DNA of 64,000 bases from Octopus vulgaris (GCA_951406725.2 OX597816.1:103106001-103170000); one strand, 5' to 3'. Shown: positions 13,597-26,900, numbered from the stretch's first letter. Program-made: numbers and translations. The notes: generated from the sequence alone by a model not told the origin.

Positions 13597-14608
13597 GTTT
13601 GGTTTCTGAGGACGGAGGTTGTGTCTGTGGCTCTCACAAAACCCTCACTGGCCTTCGTAGATCGTTGAGATCGATACAGTTAAACCTTTGATTAATTGAT
13701 TCCTTTTACTAAAGAAGTCTTACGTCAGTCGAGCCATCGAAGTGACTGCAGTATAGTATTGTTACCGAAATCGACTCGAAATAGTGCCGTGATAGTTTTT
13801 AACATAAAGTAATATTAGCATTAGCAGTATTATCATAAAGTAGAATTAATTTGGCTGGCAAACCTAATCCCTCACTCGGTTTAATACAACCATCTGGGTC
13901 TTGAGTGCTTGTTGTAGAATCCATTATATCCATGCAATCAAACTAAATTATCCGTCTGAGTCTATCTCGATAGCTTAATGTGTTGCTTCTTATTACATCT
14001 ACCGTTGAGTTTTTGCCACTGATTGTTACAGTGTACAGGTGGGAGTGATTCTCGAGTCACAAAAAAAAAATTCCCATACATACATACATACATACATACA
14101 TACATACATACATGCATACATGCATACATGCATACATACATACATACATACATACATACATACATACATACATACATACATACATACATACTGTTATGAC
14201 ATGGGTATACACGTCTTGTGTAAAATGGTATTACACAAATAAATAGTCGGTTGTGGTTATCTAAAAAATAACCTATCGCAGAAATATATGTTAAGACGGA
14301 ACGCATTCCGTAATACTCGAACGTAGATGCGGCGTTCAGTATTGACTGTTCGACTGCCGACTGTTAAACTAACACACGTCGAACTAACACGGTTAACCAA
14401 CACGGTCGAACTAACACCATCAACTATGCTCCTGACAGTTCACTCGGTTCTTATTATTTATTGTAATCGGTTAGTCACGTGGGGGTGTTCAGGATTCTCC
14501 CATAAGACACACACACATACACACACACACATGCACCCCCCACACACACACATACATACATACATACATACATACATACATACATACATACATACATACA
14601 TACATACA

Positions 14609-14640
<32 letters not shown>

Positions 14641-14895
14641 CATGGAGGACTTGGGTTTATAAGTAAATGCCTAAATGTCAGTCTTGATAAGCTTGGGTTT
14701 TCAGAAAAAGAAATCAACCAACTGATTCGCACATTACAAATACAAGCTGTAAGCGGAACAGTAAAACTATGCAAGTCTTTACTTAGGTTGAAATGTGACA
14801 TTTTCGTTATCTACATTCCAAAGATGGAGCTTTGTATCTTTGATAGAAACCAGCTTCTTCTTCAGAGGAAGAATTTAAATGATTAAATACAGAAG

Positions 14896-14897
<2 letters not shown>
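14641..14897 (+). mobile_element. RLE non-LTR retrotransposon (R4/Dong-like) 3' fragment with 3' UTR
   Basis: GGLGFISKCLNVSLDKLGFSEKEINQLIRTLQIQAVSGTVKLCKSLL, flanked by (TACA)n and (CA)n. Confidence 0.7.
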
Positions 14898-14946
<49 letters not shown>

Positions 14947-14954
14947 GACATACA

Positions 14955-15140
14955 TGTTCAGGTTTATACCTGTAATTATGGGGCCCTGGGAGATGTAATA
15001 TACTGCCTAAATGCCAATTTTGAGAAATTAAGCTTCTCAAAACCAGAAAGAAGAAAGCTAATTCGAGGGTTACAGATCCAATCCATCACTGGAACTGTAA
15101 AAATCTGTAAAACTTTCCAGAAGTTTATCATTTAAATCTA
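14955..15140 (+). mobile_element. R4/Dong-like 3' fragment
   Basis: FRFIPVIMG...EKLSFSKPERRKLIRGLQIQSITGTVKICKTFQKF*. Confidence 0.7.
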
Positions 15141-15240
15141 TATGAGCATGTCTAGATATGCAACTATATGCATGAGAATACGTACATAAAACATACAAAT
15201 CTGCACATTCATACACACATACATACATACATACATACAT

Positions 15241-15271
<31 letters not shown>

Positions 15272-15512
15272 TACATACATACATACATACATACATACAT
15301 ACATACATACATACATACATACATACATACATACATACATACATACATACATGCATACCTTGTTGTTGGTGTTGAAATTCCAATGAAGGAGCCTTGGATC
15401 TAGGTTAGAAACCGGTTTTTCTTTATTGGCAAGAAATCTTGAAATAACTGGATAATGACATACATACATGCATGCATGCATGCATACATACATACATACA
15501 TACATACATACA

Positions 15513-15545
<33 letters not shown>

Positions 15546-15559
15546 GCATGCATAAAAAT

Positions 15560-16225
15560 ACATCGACGGACGACAAATATAAGTTGTGCAACATTAAAAC
15601 TGAAGACATCAATCACGTTATGGCCAACTGCGAGAAAATGTCTTCTACAATAGATATTTATCTTCTTATGAGGCACGATACAGTAGCCCGAACAATCTGA
15701 AAGAGAATTAGAAAAAAAGAAATTACCGTCAGACAAAGTTGACTATTTTATGACCGGTAGGACCGATGGGTGAAATTTAAAAATTAAAACGACCACCAAG
15801 TCAAATCACAACCGTCCAAATATTGTGTGGGGCCGCAAGAAAAAAATATGCTTTATTATGGAAATATGCTACCTTCTGGACACTAATGTGGTTAGGAAAA
15901 TACAAGGGAAAGAAAAAATATGTGGGCTCTTGATAAGTAGGTTGCAAATGCGCTACCCAAGGTAGATTTATGTCTATTATTATTGAGCAGCATGAGACGT
16001 ACCAACCCACCTGGAGCAAATTATGACTAATCTTGAATTCTTGGGGAGAGAATGCAATTCATTAATTTATACGCGACAAATGATCCCGATATCTGGGACA
16101 ATACAAAATCTGCAAAACTTTCTAAAGATTTAAAGGATTTTTAAGGCCAGATGCTTTCTTTCAGATATTTGCTACCAAGTAGGTAGCCAGTTAAAATTTA
16201 CTCTAAATTAAAAAGAGGAAAAGAA
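15560..16225 (+). mobile_element. R4/Dong-like CCHC-RLE fragment
   Basis: KLCNIKTEDINHVMANC...RHDTVA (zinc knuckle plus RHD), IKTTTKSNHNRPNIV, and a terminal KICKTF. Degraded. Confidence 0.7.
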
Positions 16226-16339
16226 CACACACACACACACATACACACACACACATACACTCACACGTACGCACGCGTGCACAAGCACGCATATACACAC
16301 ATACATACATACATACATACATACATACATACATACATA

Positions 16340-16815
16340 CATACATACATACATACATAGCTAGAGTATTATATAATGAAATCTATAGACAGGATAATCC
16401 TATGGAAAGAAGTATTAGAAGTTATAATGACGTGCAGGGCTTAAGCACACATAATAGGAAAGAATCCTGATGGAATGTCCTTGTCAGATCATGACTTCAA
16501 TAAAATACAAGCATCATAGCCGAGACGTAACGATTTAAACAGAAGAAAAACTCTGTGTATAATAGTTAAATCAGTTACCCTGCAGTTTTCAGCATAACGT
16601 CATAGATTAGTGGAAAAGATACCATTATAGCGAATTGATGAGAAATATGCAGTTACCCAGTCTAGACTGTAGATTGAGATTTTTACCAATAATTATTAAC
16701 ACACTTGGTTACGTGAGTAGCTACGTCAGAACCAATCTTGAGTAGCCGGGATTCGCAAAACTGGACAAAATATGTCAATGCGAAAGATTATAGCTGCAAG
16801 CTAGCAAAGGTACCA
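16340..16815 (+). mobile_element. R4/Dong-like RLE fragment, highly degraded
   Basis: ARVLYNEI...KES*WNV and LMRNMQL....RFLPIIINTLGYVS, homologous to the copy at 16891. Confidence 0.55.
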
Positions 16816-16890
16816 TCATACATACATACATACATACATACATACATACATACATACATACATACATACATACATACATACATACATACA

Positions 16891-17330
16891 TACTGGTGGA
16901 ATATTCAGGCTGGATATTGTTGTTTTGGACAGAGGGGCAAAGGTATGTACCATCATAGAGGTCAGCTGCCCTGCAGATATAAATATCTCTTTGAAAATCG
17001 AAGAAAAAGAGGATATCTGTGGACAATTGCTTCGAAACCTCCAGCTTCTATATCCAGACTATGAATTTATATTCATACCGATAATAATTGGAGCACTGGG
17101 TTTTGTCAGTAAATGCTTTAAGTAGAAACTAGATAAACTGGGATTTTCAGAAAGAGAAATCGAGCACCTAATTCGTACATTACAAGTGCAATATGTGAGT
17201 GGAACAATAAAAATATGCAAGACTTTTCTCAAGTTCCAAATGTGAATTTGTCTGTGAGCCTTGTATATTTGTTGGAAGCCGACTCCCTCTTCAGTGGAAG
17301 ATTTATAATAATTAAAATATAGAAGAGATA
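16891..17330 (+). mobile_element. R4/Dong-like RLE 3' end with 3' UTR, best-preserved copy
   Basis: [70 protein letters not shown]...SGTIKICKTFLKFQM*, a PD-(D/E)xK-type RLE. Begins at a (TACA)n tract and ends at TACATACA. Confidence 0.8.
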
Positions 17331-17869
17331 TACATACAAGACAGCCGATGTGAGCTGCTGCATACTTGGTGTGAGAGACTATTTATCGAATAGTCTCCCA
17401 AGTTAAATATGCGACTGCTTCCGCGTTAATATCGCAATTACCCGCCTTGTTAATAATTGGTTATTCGTTTAATTACATTCATTGAGGGGACTATTATCTC
17501 AAGAATGTGGTGGTGTTTGTCAAGATCTGGTATTCACCTTGCGCTGAGCTGCTGCAGACGGCATGGTTGTACACAACAGCATCAACCGAACCGGACTTCC
17601 AGAAGTTTAACATCTGATAAAATTGCATAAACATTCGTGTCGATATGAAAACTTGTATGTGTTCTTATTAAGCTCTACACAAGCAATAACATTTATACTT
17701 GCATGCATGTGCACATACATACGTACAAACATAAATGCTTATGTGCCTACATACGTACATGCATACATACATACATACATACATACATACACACATGCAT
17801 ACATCTGTGTATACCTGCTTACATGTGTGCATATATGCAAAACATGTTGTCTAAATTTTGATGAAAGCG

Positions 17870-19300
17870 CCTAGTTTCTGGGTTAGACATCGGCTTTTCC
17901 TACATTGGTGAGAGATTCGAAAAATAAATCTAGAAGAAAATATATATTCACAGATCTTGTCAGTGTCAACAGTGACGCTGGTATAATCTGTTACGTGAAG
18001 AGATTGAAAAAGAAGCATAAAGCCTGTCCAGACGGCTTTTGTGTGCCATACCATGTCATTCAAACAAGACTTAATGAATCTACTGGAAATATTAACATAT
18101 CACGCCTATGCTCGTCAACAATAATAATGATTTCAAATTTTGGCACTAGGCCAGCAATTGCTGGGAGGAGACAAGTCGATTACATCGACCCCAGTGCTCA
18201 ACTAGTACTTATTTTATCGATTTTAAAAGGATGAAAGGCAAAGTCAATCTCAGCAGAATTTGAACTCAGAACATAAAGACAGGCGAAATACCTATTTCTT
18301 TACTACCCACAAGGGGCTAAACACGGAGAGGACAAACAAGGACAGACAAACGAATTAAGTCGATGATTATATCGACCCCAGTGCGTAACTGGTACTTAAT
18401 TTATCGACCCTGAAAGGATAAAAGGCAAAGTCGACCTCGGCGGAATTTGGACTCAGAAGGTAGCGACAGGCGAAATACCGCTAACGTCTCTGCCAACTGG
18501 TCACCTTGTCAACAGTGCTAATAATGCCATCATGGAATTATAGGAAGAACTCTGAGTGTTACAACTATTACACACAAATCAAGGAAAGCTGAAATAGTCT
18601 ACATAATAGAAATTTGAAAGAGAAACTGTCAGCAGAAAGTTATGCATGGGTATACATCCCGCAACCCATCCCGTCTCACTGAGAAAAATACGCTTTCGAT
18701 ACTCAAGAGCATCAAATAACTACTAAATATATGACCAGCAAGAGAGATAAGGAACTCCTCTAAACTTTCACGTTGCGATAGAACATGTCGACTGTACTTT
18801 ACTGGGGTGGGAAATAGCCCCACATCATCAGCAGTTGTCCAAAAAACGTCTGTAAGTTACTACTTACACATAAGACATGACATTGTTGCTAAAACCATTT
18901 ACAATACTATTTGCAAGAAAGCTTTTTTCTGACGGAAAAACAAAAGCATACCAGACCCAGAATATATTCAAGTCTTTAAAAATAAGGATTACTGGGAGAA
19001 TATTCCAATAAAGATAGGTTGCAAAAAATGCTGATTATTACAGAGGCTGGCTACCCGGCAGATATAAAACTGAGGGAAAAGAGAACTATAATGAGAAAAT
19101 GTTAATCTTATAGCCAAGCTGTGTACTTTCATTTGTATTTATTTTCAGTTGTGCATATAGCTGTATAATATGAGATTTGCATAAAAACTTAGAAAAGATG
19201 GGATTCTCAAAGAAAGAATAAAGCTTGTTAATTCGCGTCCTTCTCCAAATAAAAGTGATTAGTGGTACAGTGAAGACTTATAAAACATTCCAAGAATTCT
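17870..19300 (+). mobile_element. Longer degraded R4/Dong-like relic interrupted by a SINE
   Basis: HIISSCPK..VSYYLHIRHDIVAKTIYN (~18820-18905), KDYWENIPIK, EAGYPADI and SGTVKT. A family A SINE is inserted at ~18125-18505. Confidence 0.6.
18125..18505 (-). mobile_element. Dimeric family A SINE
   Basis: Two ATCGACCCCAGTGC...AAAGGCAAAGTC...AATTT..ACTCAGAA units. Same dimeric layout as 35266-35685 (+). Confidence 0.75.
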
Positions 19301-19597
19301 TCGTTTTGTTCACTGGAATGAATATATGCACACAACCGTATGTGCATATGTTCATTCCATATGCACGTTTATAAAAATGTAAAGATTCGCGTACATTTAT
19401 GTACATGCACATCCACTGCATGAGTGTAAGTTTATCCCCATCCCATGCACCTACATGAATGCACACATTAACTCGTTGACATATTTTCAAATCCCGCGAA
19501 CTGTTTCGACTCAAACAAAAGAGCCTGGTCACGTTGTTAGTCATTAACTGGAATTATACAGAGGGGGAAAAAAAGTACAAAAACACGCATGCATGCA

Positions 19598-19809
19598 TGT
19601 ATCCATCCATCCATCCATCCATCCATCCATCCATCCATCCATACATACATACATACACACATACATACATACATATACACACATATACATACATACATAC
19701 ATACATACATACATACATACATACATACATACATACATACATACATACATACATACATACATACACACATACATATAAACATATACACGTACGCTCAAGC
19801 ACACACACG

Positions 19810-19867
<58 letters not shown>

Positions 19868-19937
19868 AGTATACATATGTATATGTGTGTTTATATACAT
19901 GTGTGCAGATATGTATGCGTGTGTATGTGTGTGCGTA

Positions 19938-19980
<43 letters not shown>

Positions 19981-19985
19981 ATGTA
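19598..19985. repeat. Compound microsatellite (ATCC)n-(TACA)n-(TA)n-(TG)n
   Basis: Directly visible. Confidence 0.95.
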
Positions 19986-22788
19986 CATTAGCCAGCTAGC
20001 CTGTCCAGCGGGGTGGCGACATTCGAAAGCTAAAACAATGCTAAGCGCATTGTGATCAGCGATGTATAACAACATCCGATAGCCTGGTCGATACCGTGAT
20101 GCATACATTCGTACATGTATGTATGTATGCATCTATGCATGTATGTATGTATGAGTGAATAAAGAACTCGAATATCTGTAGTGCACACACATACATGTTC
20201 CAAGAATCGAATTTCGAATGTAAAAACTGTCTTATTCTACACATACACACGCACACAAACATACCCACACGCGCGCGCACATACTTTCTCCCTCTCTCTT
20301 TTTAAAATTCTCTCGCCGTCTGTCTCTCTCTTTTTCTCCTGCCTTTATGTACGTGTTCGTTTGTGTATGCGTGTGTGTATGCGTGCGTGCGTGCGTGTGC
20401 GTGCGTACGTAAATATATATTTACATAAATACACTTACACGTATACATATATGTGTTTTGAAACAGTTTTATTGTGTCTGTGACGAGAAACTCAGCCACA
20501 GGTGGGATGCGTAATTTGTAAATTCTGTTCCTTAGAGGTTTCCATAGCTGTAATGAAGCCCAAACACTTGCTCTCTCAGACATTCACATAGAGAAAGAAG
20601 GAAAAGAAGAAAAAAACAGAGAGAGAAGGGGAGGATCCGTTATCGCTCCCCTGTCACAACAGCCAGCACTCTCGGCAATATCTTATCTGGGATTCCGTTC
20701 TCTGGTTTACTGCTGAATACCAATTTAGCGAACGGAAACTGTTTGACCAATTGGCAGAATATTTGGGTGAGTAGAGTAATATTTTTTGGTGTTTCAATAA
20801 ACAACTGTCTTGTTTCTTTTTTCACTTATGTTACCCTGGTTAGTACTAATTGCTTCACTAGTAGCATTATCATTATATCCCTTCGTCCAGCACGACATTA
20901 GACCGTATCGCACACCATCACAAAAATTCCATTACATTACTGTCACACCACACACGAGCCACAGTAACACACTTCTTCATATTGTTATTAACTATTAACA
21001 CATCCACCAGCACACTTTACACACCACAAACACGCCACGCTACGCTTCATTTCATTACCACAATCACCACAAACACAAACACATCATCATTCCGTTTCGT
21101 CGTTACATCACACTTCACTATATCAGATCGCTCCGTTTCACTGCATAACTACACCGCATCACATGCATATATATACCATTCTACTTATCCAGAAATCCAG
21201 GTGAAAAAAAAAAAAAAAAAGAGAAAAGAAAAAAAAACAACATTGGAAAAAAAAGTCATACAGATAAAACATAAGAGTAAAAGAAAAATGAAGGAATCGC
21301 AGGGAAATTTCAAGATATGATTGATTTAATGCAGTTTTTTGTTGCTGGTTTATTGTTCTATGTAAGATTTTGTATGAATCGTATTTTTTTCACATACGTG
21401 TAATACAATTATATTATGTTGTCATTGCGTATAAGTCATGTAGTGTCAGTTTATTAACTCAAAATATTATTTGTTTAATTACATCAACTATTATTTTTTG
21501 CTATGCTAATATGAAAAATTTAACATTTATCAGGTGACTTTTTTCCTACCCAAAAGTGTGACATTTTTTTTTTCTATGACTTTATTTCCGTTCACCTTAT
21601 GCGGCACACACTACATGATGTCTCTATTAAACTGCACCGCATTCAAAGGAGACTACATCGACCTGCCTTATTGGTCGGGACGTCTCGACAGAATTACATT
21701 GAAGGGAGACAACGGCGTACTTTGTCAATTAGTTTTTGCAATTAAGCAATAATGTTTTCTTTTTCTTTTCTTTTATTTGTTTTTTGTTTGCATCTCTAAA
21801 AGACTAGTATCTTAGTTCTAATGTGTGTGATAATGTTGATGGTAAGGAAGAGAATAAGAAAAATTTTCAAAATTAATCTAAACGCCACAATTTTTTAGGG
21901 GGTGTGATGTAGACTCCAGTATATCGACTCCAGTAATGAGTATTTTATTTTATTGATTTTGATGATTTCTAAATAGGCATAAAGCCATACATTTAAGGAG
22001 AAGATTACAATCGATTCAGTTAAAACAAGAACCTGACTATGGTGGTTTTTCCTGTATTTTTTTATCGATCCCAAAAGGGAGAAGAACGAAGTTGACCCCA
22101 TCGTAAAGGGACGTAATTAAATCAATTCCACCAAAATAATTTTATCATGTCTGCCTCAAAGGTCCGAATTTATAATAGGGCGGTATATTCAGTTGATTGC
22201 TTATATTTATTTTATCACCTTTAAAAAGGGCGATAGATTAGGAGCTTGAAATAGGTTTTTTCTTTGTCCATTAAATGTATATAACTATTGTGAAATTAAG
22301 GGGGTTGCATTATAAAACACATGGCCGAATGTTTAAGTCTTATTACAGGTTGTGCCTGGGAGCAAGGTGTATAACTCTACTTGATAAATTAATGAAATTA
22401 AAAATTGTCGGTCTCCCTCTTCTCTCTGTTTCCCTTCCTTTGCCTCTCTCTCTCTTCTTCCCTCCTATTCTGTCTCTTTCTATCCTCCCTTTGTCACTCT
22501 CCCTCCTCTCTTTGTCTCTTTCTCTCTCCCTCCTCCCTTCCCTCTCTAAATTCCACGATGCTAACCCGTAGAGTTGACTACAAAAGTAAAAAGGAAATAG
22601 AAAAATTCAATTTCATTTGTATTTGTTGAATGAAGCTCAAATTAAACATGGATAAAATAAATCTCGTTTTTAATATTTTCCATTTCAGAAATTCTCCTTC
22701 TGGTGTTGTGACCAAATTAATTATTGTGTGTGAAAGCCAAATCTTCAAGTGAAAGGGCAATTGATTGAAAAAGTTTCTTAAAGAAATC

Positions 22789-24066
22789 ATGAAGACGAAT
22801 ATCAACATTGATGTTTTCCAGTGTGGAATATGCCAAAAATACTTTTCCGACAGCAATAGCTTAAAGGTTCACATGGAAGTGCACCCGGTCAAGAAACTGT
22901 ACTTTTGTGATGTATGTGGCATATCCTGTGTTGAAGAATATCTCTTGAATAACCACATGAAAATTCACACAGGAGAAAGACCGTATATTTGTGATATATG
23001 TGGTAAAGATTTTGTGAAAAAATCTCAGTTGAAGAAACATTCAGAAATACACAGCAGTGACAGCCTCTTTCACTGTGATATTTGTGGCAAGAATTTTGTC
23101 CATGCATCTTCTTTAAAGAAGCACATACGAGTGCATACTGGAGAAAAACCGTTCCAGTGTAATGAGTGTGGGAAAGAATTTGTGCAGAATTGTCATTTGA
23201 AACAGCACCAGAGACTTCATACTGGTGAGAAACCATTTCATTGTGAATTTTGTGGCAAAGACTTTGTACGAGGTTCTGATTTTAAGATCCATACTCGAAG
23301 ACATACTGGAGAAAAACCATTCATTTGTAATATATGTGGGAAAGATTTTGTTGATGGATCTTCATTGAGAAGTCACATACGAATTCACACTGGGGAGCGA
23401 CCATATCATTGTGAGATATGTGGTAAGGATTTTGTAATTTCCTCTTCGTTAAAGAAACATATAAAAACTCATACTGGAGAGAAATTTCACTATTGTAAAA
23501 TATGCAGAAAGAAATTTGTTCAAGCGTATTCTTTGAAAATCCACATGAAAATTCACACTGGCGAAAGTGCATTTAAATGTGAAGTGTGTGGGAAAGATTT
23601 TCAGGAAAGTTATGATCTGAAAATGCATATGAAAATTCACACTGGTGAGAAAACTTTCCACTGCGATACTTGTGCTAAGGACTTCTTGCACGAGTTCTCG
23701 TTTAAGAGCCACATGAAAAAACACGAAGGAGAAAAACCAGTTGAAAGTGAGATGCGTGTAAGTGATTTTTACCAAATGTCCAACTTAGCGAATCATATGA
23801 GTAAATATACGAAGACTAAGATTTTCCATTGTGAAATATGTAGGGACGATTTTATGGAAGAATCTAGCTTGGCAAAGCACATAAAGATCCATACAGATGA
23901 AAAGCCATTTCAATGTAATTTATGTGGAAATGACTGTGTTGAAGCATCTATTTTGAAAATTCATATCCAAGGCCACTTGGAAGATAAACCTCTCATTTGT
24001 AAAACCTGTGGAGATGAGTTCCTCTTTGAATGTGACTTAGAAAAACATGTTGAAATGCATGTATGA
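22789..24066 (+). CDS. C2H2 zinc-finger protein (~425 aa, 14 intact plus 1 degenerate finger)
   Basis: Uninterrupted ORF with tandem C-x2-C-x12-H-x3-H units and TGEKP/TGERP linkers. First in-frame ATG at 22789. A likely splice acceptor (ttttccatttcag) ending at 22688 implies an upstream 5' UTR exon. Confidence 0.95.
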   Translation: MKTNINIDVFQCGICQKYFSDSNSLKVHMEVHPVKKLYFCDVCGISCVEEYLLNNHMKIHTGERPYICDICGKDFVKKSQLKKHSEIHSSDSLFHCDICGKNFVHASSLKKHIRVHTGEKPFQCNECGKEFVQNCHLKQHQRLHTGEKPFHCEFCGKDFVRGSDFKIHTRRHTGEKPFICNICGKDFVDGSSLRSHIRIHTGERPYHCEICGKDFVISSSLKKHIKTHTGEKFHYCKICRKKFVQAYSLKIHMKIHTGESAFKCEVCGKDFQESYDLKMHMKIHTGEKTFHCDTCAKDFLHEFSFKSHMKKHEGEKPVESEMRVSDFYQMSNLANHMSKYTKTKIFHCEICRDDFMEESSLAKHIKIHTDEKPFQCNLCGNDCVEASILKIHIQGHLEDKPLICKTCGDEFLFECDLEKHVEMHV

Positions 24067-24802
24067 GCCTCGAAAGTTTCATTCTGGAGTGTTATGTAAA
24101 GTTATCTTTCAGAATCAGTCTTTTTTATGTTAAAATCTTTGGAACTTTTGGAGACTCAACACCACCAGACACTGGACCAGCAAGAAACACTTTCAGTGCA
24201 CTTAACCAACATAACTAAGTGATGTTGGCTTTGAAGATGGCAAAAAGCAAAATGCTGAGAGATATTTATTGTTGGTATCAAGAACATGTTGGGGATCAAA
24301 TTCCCTCTTTTATTAATTTCATATAGCATGTCACTTTATCAGAGTTGTTTCATTCTGGGCATTATTGTCATGGGAAAATTAAACAGAAATGTAGGTTGTG
24401 ATGATGATCATGATGATAAGTGGGAAGGTGTTAAAGGGTTGATAATTGTCATTATTTGGTCCCAGGATGAACCTGATTAAGCAGATTTATGAGACATTCA
24501 AGTTGTTACCTTCCTGTATTTTTTCTAGGCACAGTACACTTAGTCACACATTATCTAATGTGCCCTTCTATTCTAAGATTGTAAGGCATGATTTAAGAAA
24601 GATATGGTTGCTAATTTTGGCAAGTCAAATTACTGCATAGATTTTCCCTTGTTTTTATAAGACATATATATCTAGATGCAGGTATACACACACACAAACA
24701 TTATCAGCATCATCATGATGTTTGTATGTGTATATTTTTATATATACATAAATATACACATACACACACACACACATTATTTCCCGTTATATATATATAT
24801 AA

Positions 24803-24909
<107 letters not shown>

Positions 24910-26585
24910 CACAGATATATATATATACATGCATGTATATGGTAATTGATTCATCTTCTCTGGTGATTGCTGCCCCCTTGCGCTTCCTTGTTTTCAAAGG
25001 CATTTCTGACTTTCCGTCCATGACCTCATGGATGGCTTCAGTCCTGCTGCAGATTTGCATTGTTTGAAGCTTAGGTGACAGGAACAAAAGTTGTAACACT
25101 GTGTGCTTCCAGCTGGTTAGGTCTGCACATGTTACCACTCTTCAATTACGATAGGACTCTCAGTAGATGGAATGACAAATGAGGTCACCATAAAGACACA
25201 TCTGTATGTCATTGGATTATAGCGATAAATGTTTATACAACATGAGTACCACTCACTGAGTCTCTGTGATTAGTAACTGGTGATAAGCCAAAGGGAAATG
25301 ACTAATAATCACATGAAACTGCAGGTTTTATATCTCTCTCACTCCTAGAAGGATGCTGTAATAACAGCTAGGGGTCTCTCACTCCCAGTGGTTTTACTGT
25401 GAACTCTTAATCCAAACATAGCCACTTCTGTGTCCCTGTGTTTAGATAGATTGTCATCACAAATGCTAGTTATTGCATAGCTGGGATCCTGACAGTTGCT
25501 ACACTCAGGGTCAGAGTGGACCTGGAAACATTTGTGGCTAACTCCCAAATTAGAGCAACATTACTGGGTGCAATTTAAAAACATATCTCCAGGACATGCA
25601 TTTATATATAGATACACACACATACACAAATGTGTGTATGTGTATAGAATACTTGAATATACAGATAATGTATATGAGAAAAAGGAGGCAGTTAGTATTT
25701 TGGATAATTCTTTATTAACACTTTTGTTTGTTAACCAAAATCTTCAAGACAATAATTAATACCAAAATTATTTTTGGTTTTAATTTTTTCTCAATATATA
25801 TATATTTTTTTTCTCAGTATATATGCAAACATACATCTATGCAAGTATGGAAAATTGGATGTTAAAATGATGATGGTGATACAAAAAACACCAAGTGCGA
25901 GTGGTTTCTAAGTTGTTGAAGGAGTGAATGCTCTTTAGTCTTATTGAGAGCAAGGCAGCCTCTATAGTGCTGGTGCCATAAAAAAATTACACCCAGTACA
26001 CTCTGTAAAGGGGTTCGTGTTAGGAATGGCATCCACTCATAGAAACTGTGCTGCAAATGAGGCATTGAAGCAAGAAATAGTTTTCCATCCTGTTGAAACA
26101 TCCAACTCATGCTGGCATGTAAAATGACGATGATGATGATGTCAAATATATATCAATGTCAGCATATCTATCTATCTATTTATCTATGTGTATATGTGTG
26201 TGGACTCTCCTGCTGTAAACAACAGGTGAGGGTTCCATGATTTCTTGCTGAGCAACCTGCTGAGAGGATTTGTTTGTAGTGATCAAATGTTTATGCTGTA
26301 CCTTAGCTCACTACTCTTATCAAATTGAAATTGCTTGTATAGGTGCATGATGTGCCATATTTGAGATGTGGAAGTGATATGTATGTATATGAAAGAGCAC
26401 ATGAGAGGCATGACTTCTCTGTTACAATAAATAGCTTCACCCGCAGCAGATGTTATCACTGCTGCAGATAAAAGCAGGTCTTGTTGTTCACATGCAAGCC
26501 TGCTAGAAATTATTACTGAACAAGAACAGTCAATATTGACAGCTGATGACAATGTATGTATGCATGCATGTATATGTATGTGTGC

Positions 26586-26616
<31 letters not shown>

Positions 26617-26639
26617 GGTGTATATGTATGTGTGTGTAT

Positions 26640-26900
26640 ATGCGATTTAAGGACTGTCAAGTCCTCATTAAAGGCCTGTGATATGCAGGAGACCGACCGG
26701 AAGAGCAATGCATGTCATCGCCACAGATGGAGGAAACAGGTTAAGGAGGAGTCAACACCTTTGAAAAAGCATGTAGTCTTCATGCTAGTGTTGTGAATGG
26801 GGTAAGCTTGTTTTGCAATGTTTGCAGTTGTGTATGCTTGTCAAAAGCAGAGGTCTTTATCAACCAACAGAGCTTCAAATGCGAAATATAAGTTAGTCCT
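26640..26900 (+). mobile_element. Old RTE-type LINE C-terminal remnant
   Basis: RFKDC..SLKACDM...A..R..WRKQVKE..TFEK resembles the RTE-BovB ORF end. Confidence 0.4.

Larger units (their letters stand above)
14076..16892. repeat. Cluster of (TACA)n/(CA)n microsatellite tracts
   Basis: Tracts at ~14076-14191, 14508-14641, 14897-14955, 15210-15358, 15458-15545, 16225-16338 and 16817-16892. Confidence 0.95.
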
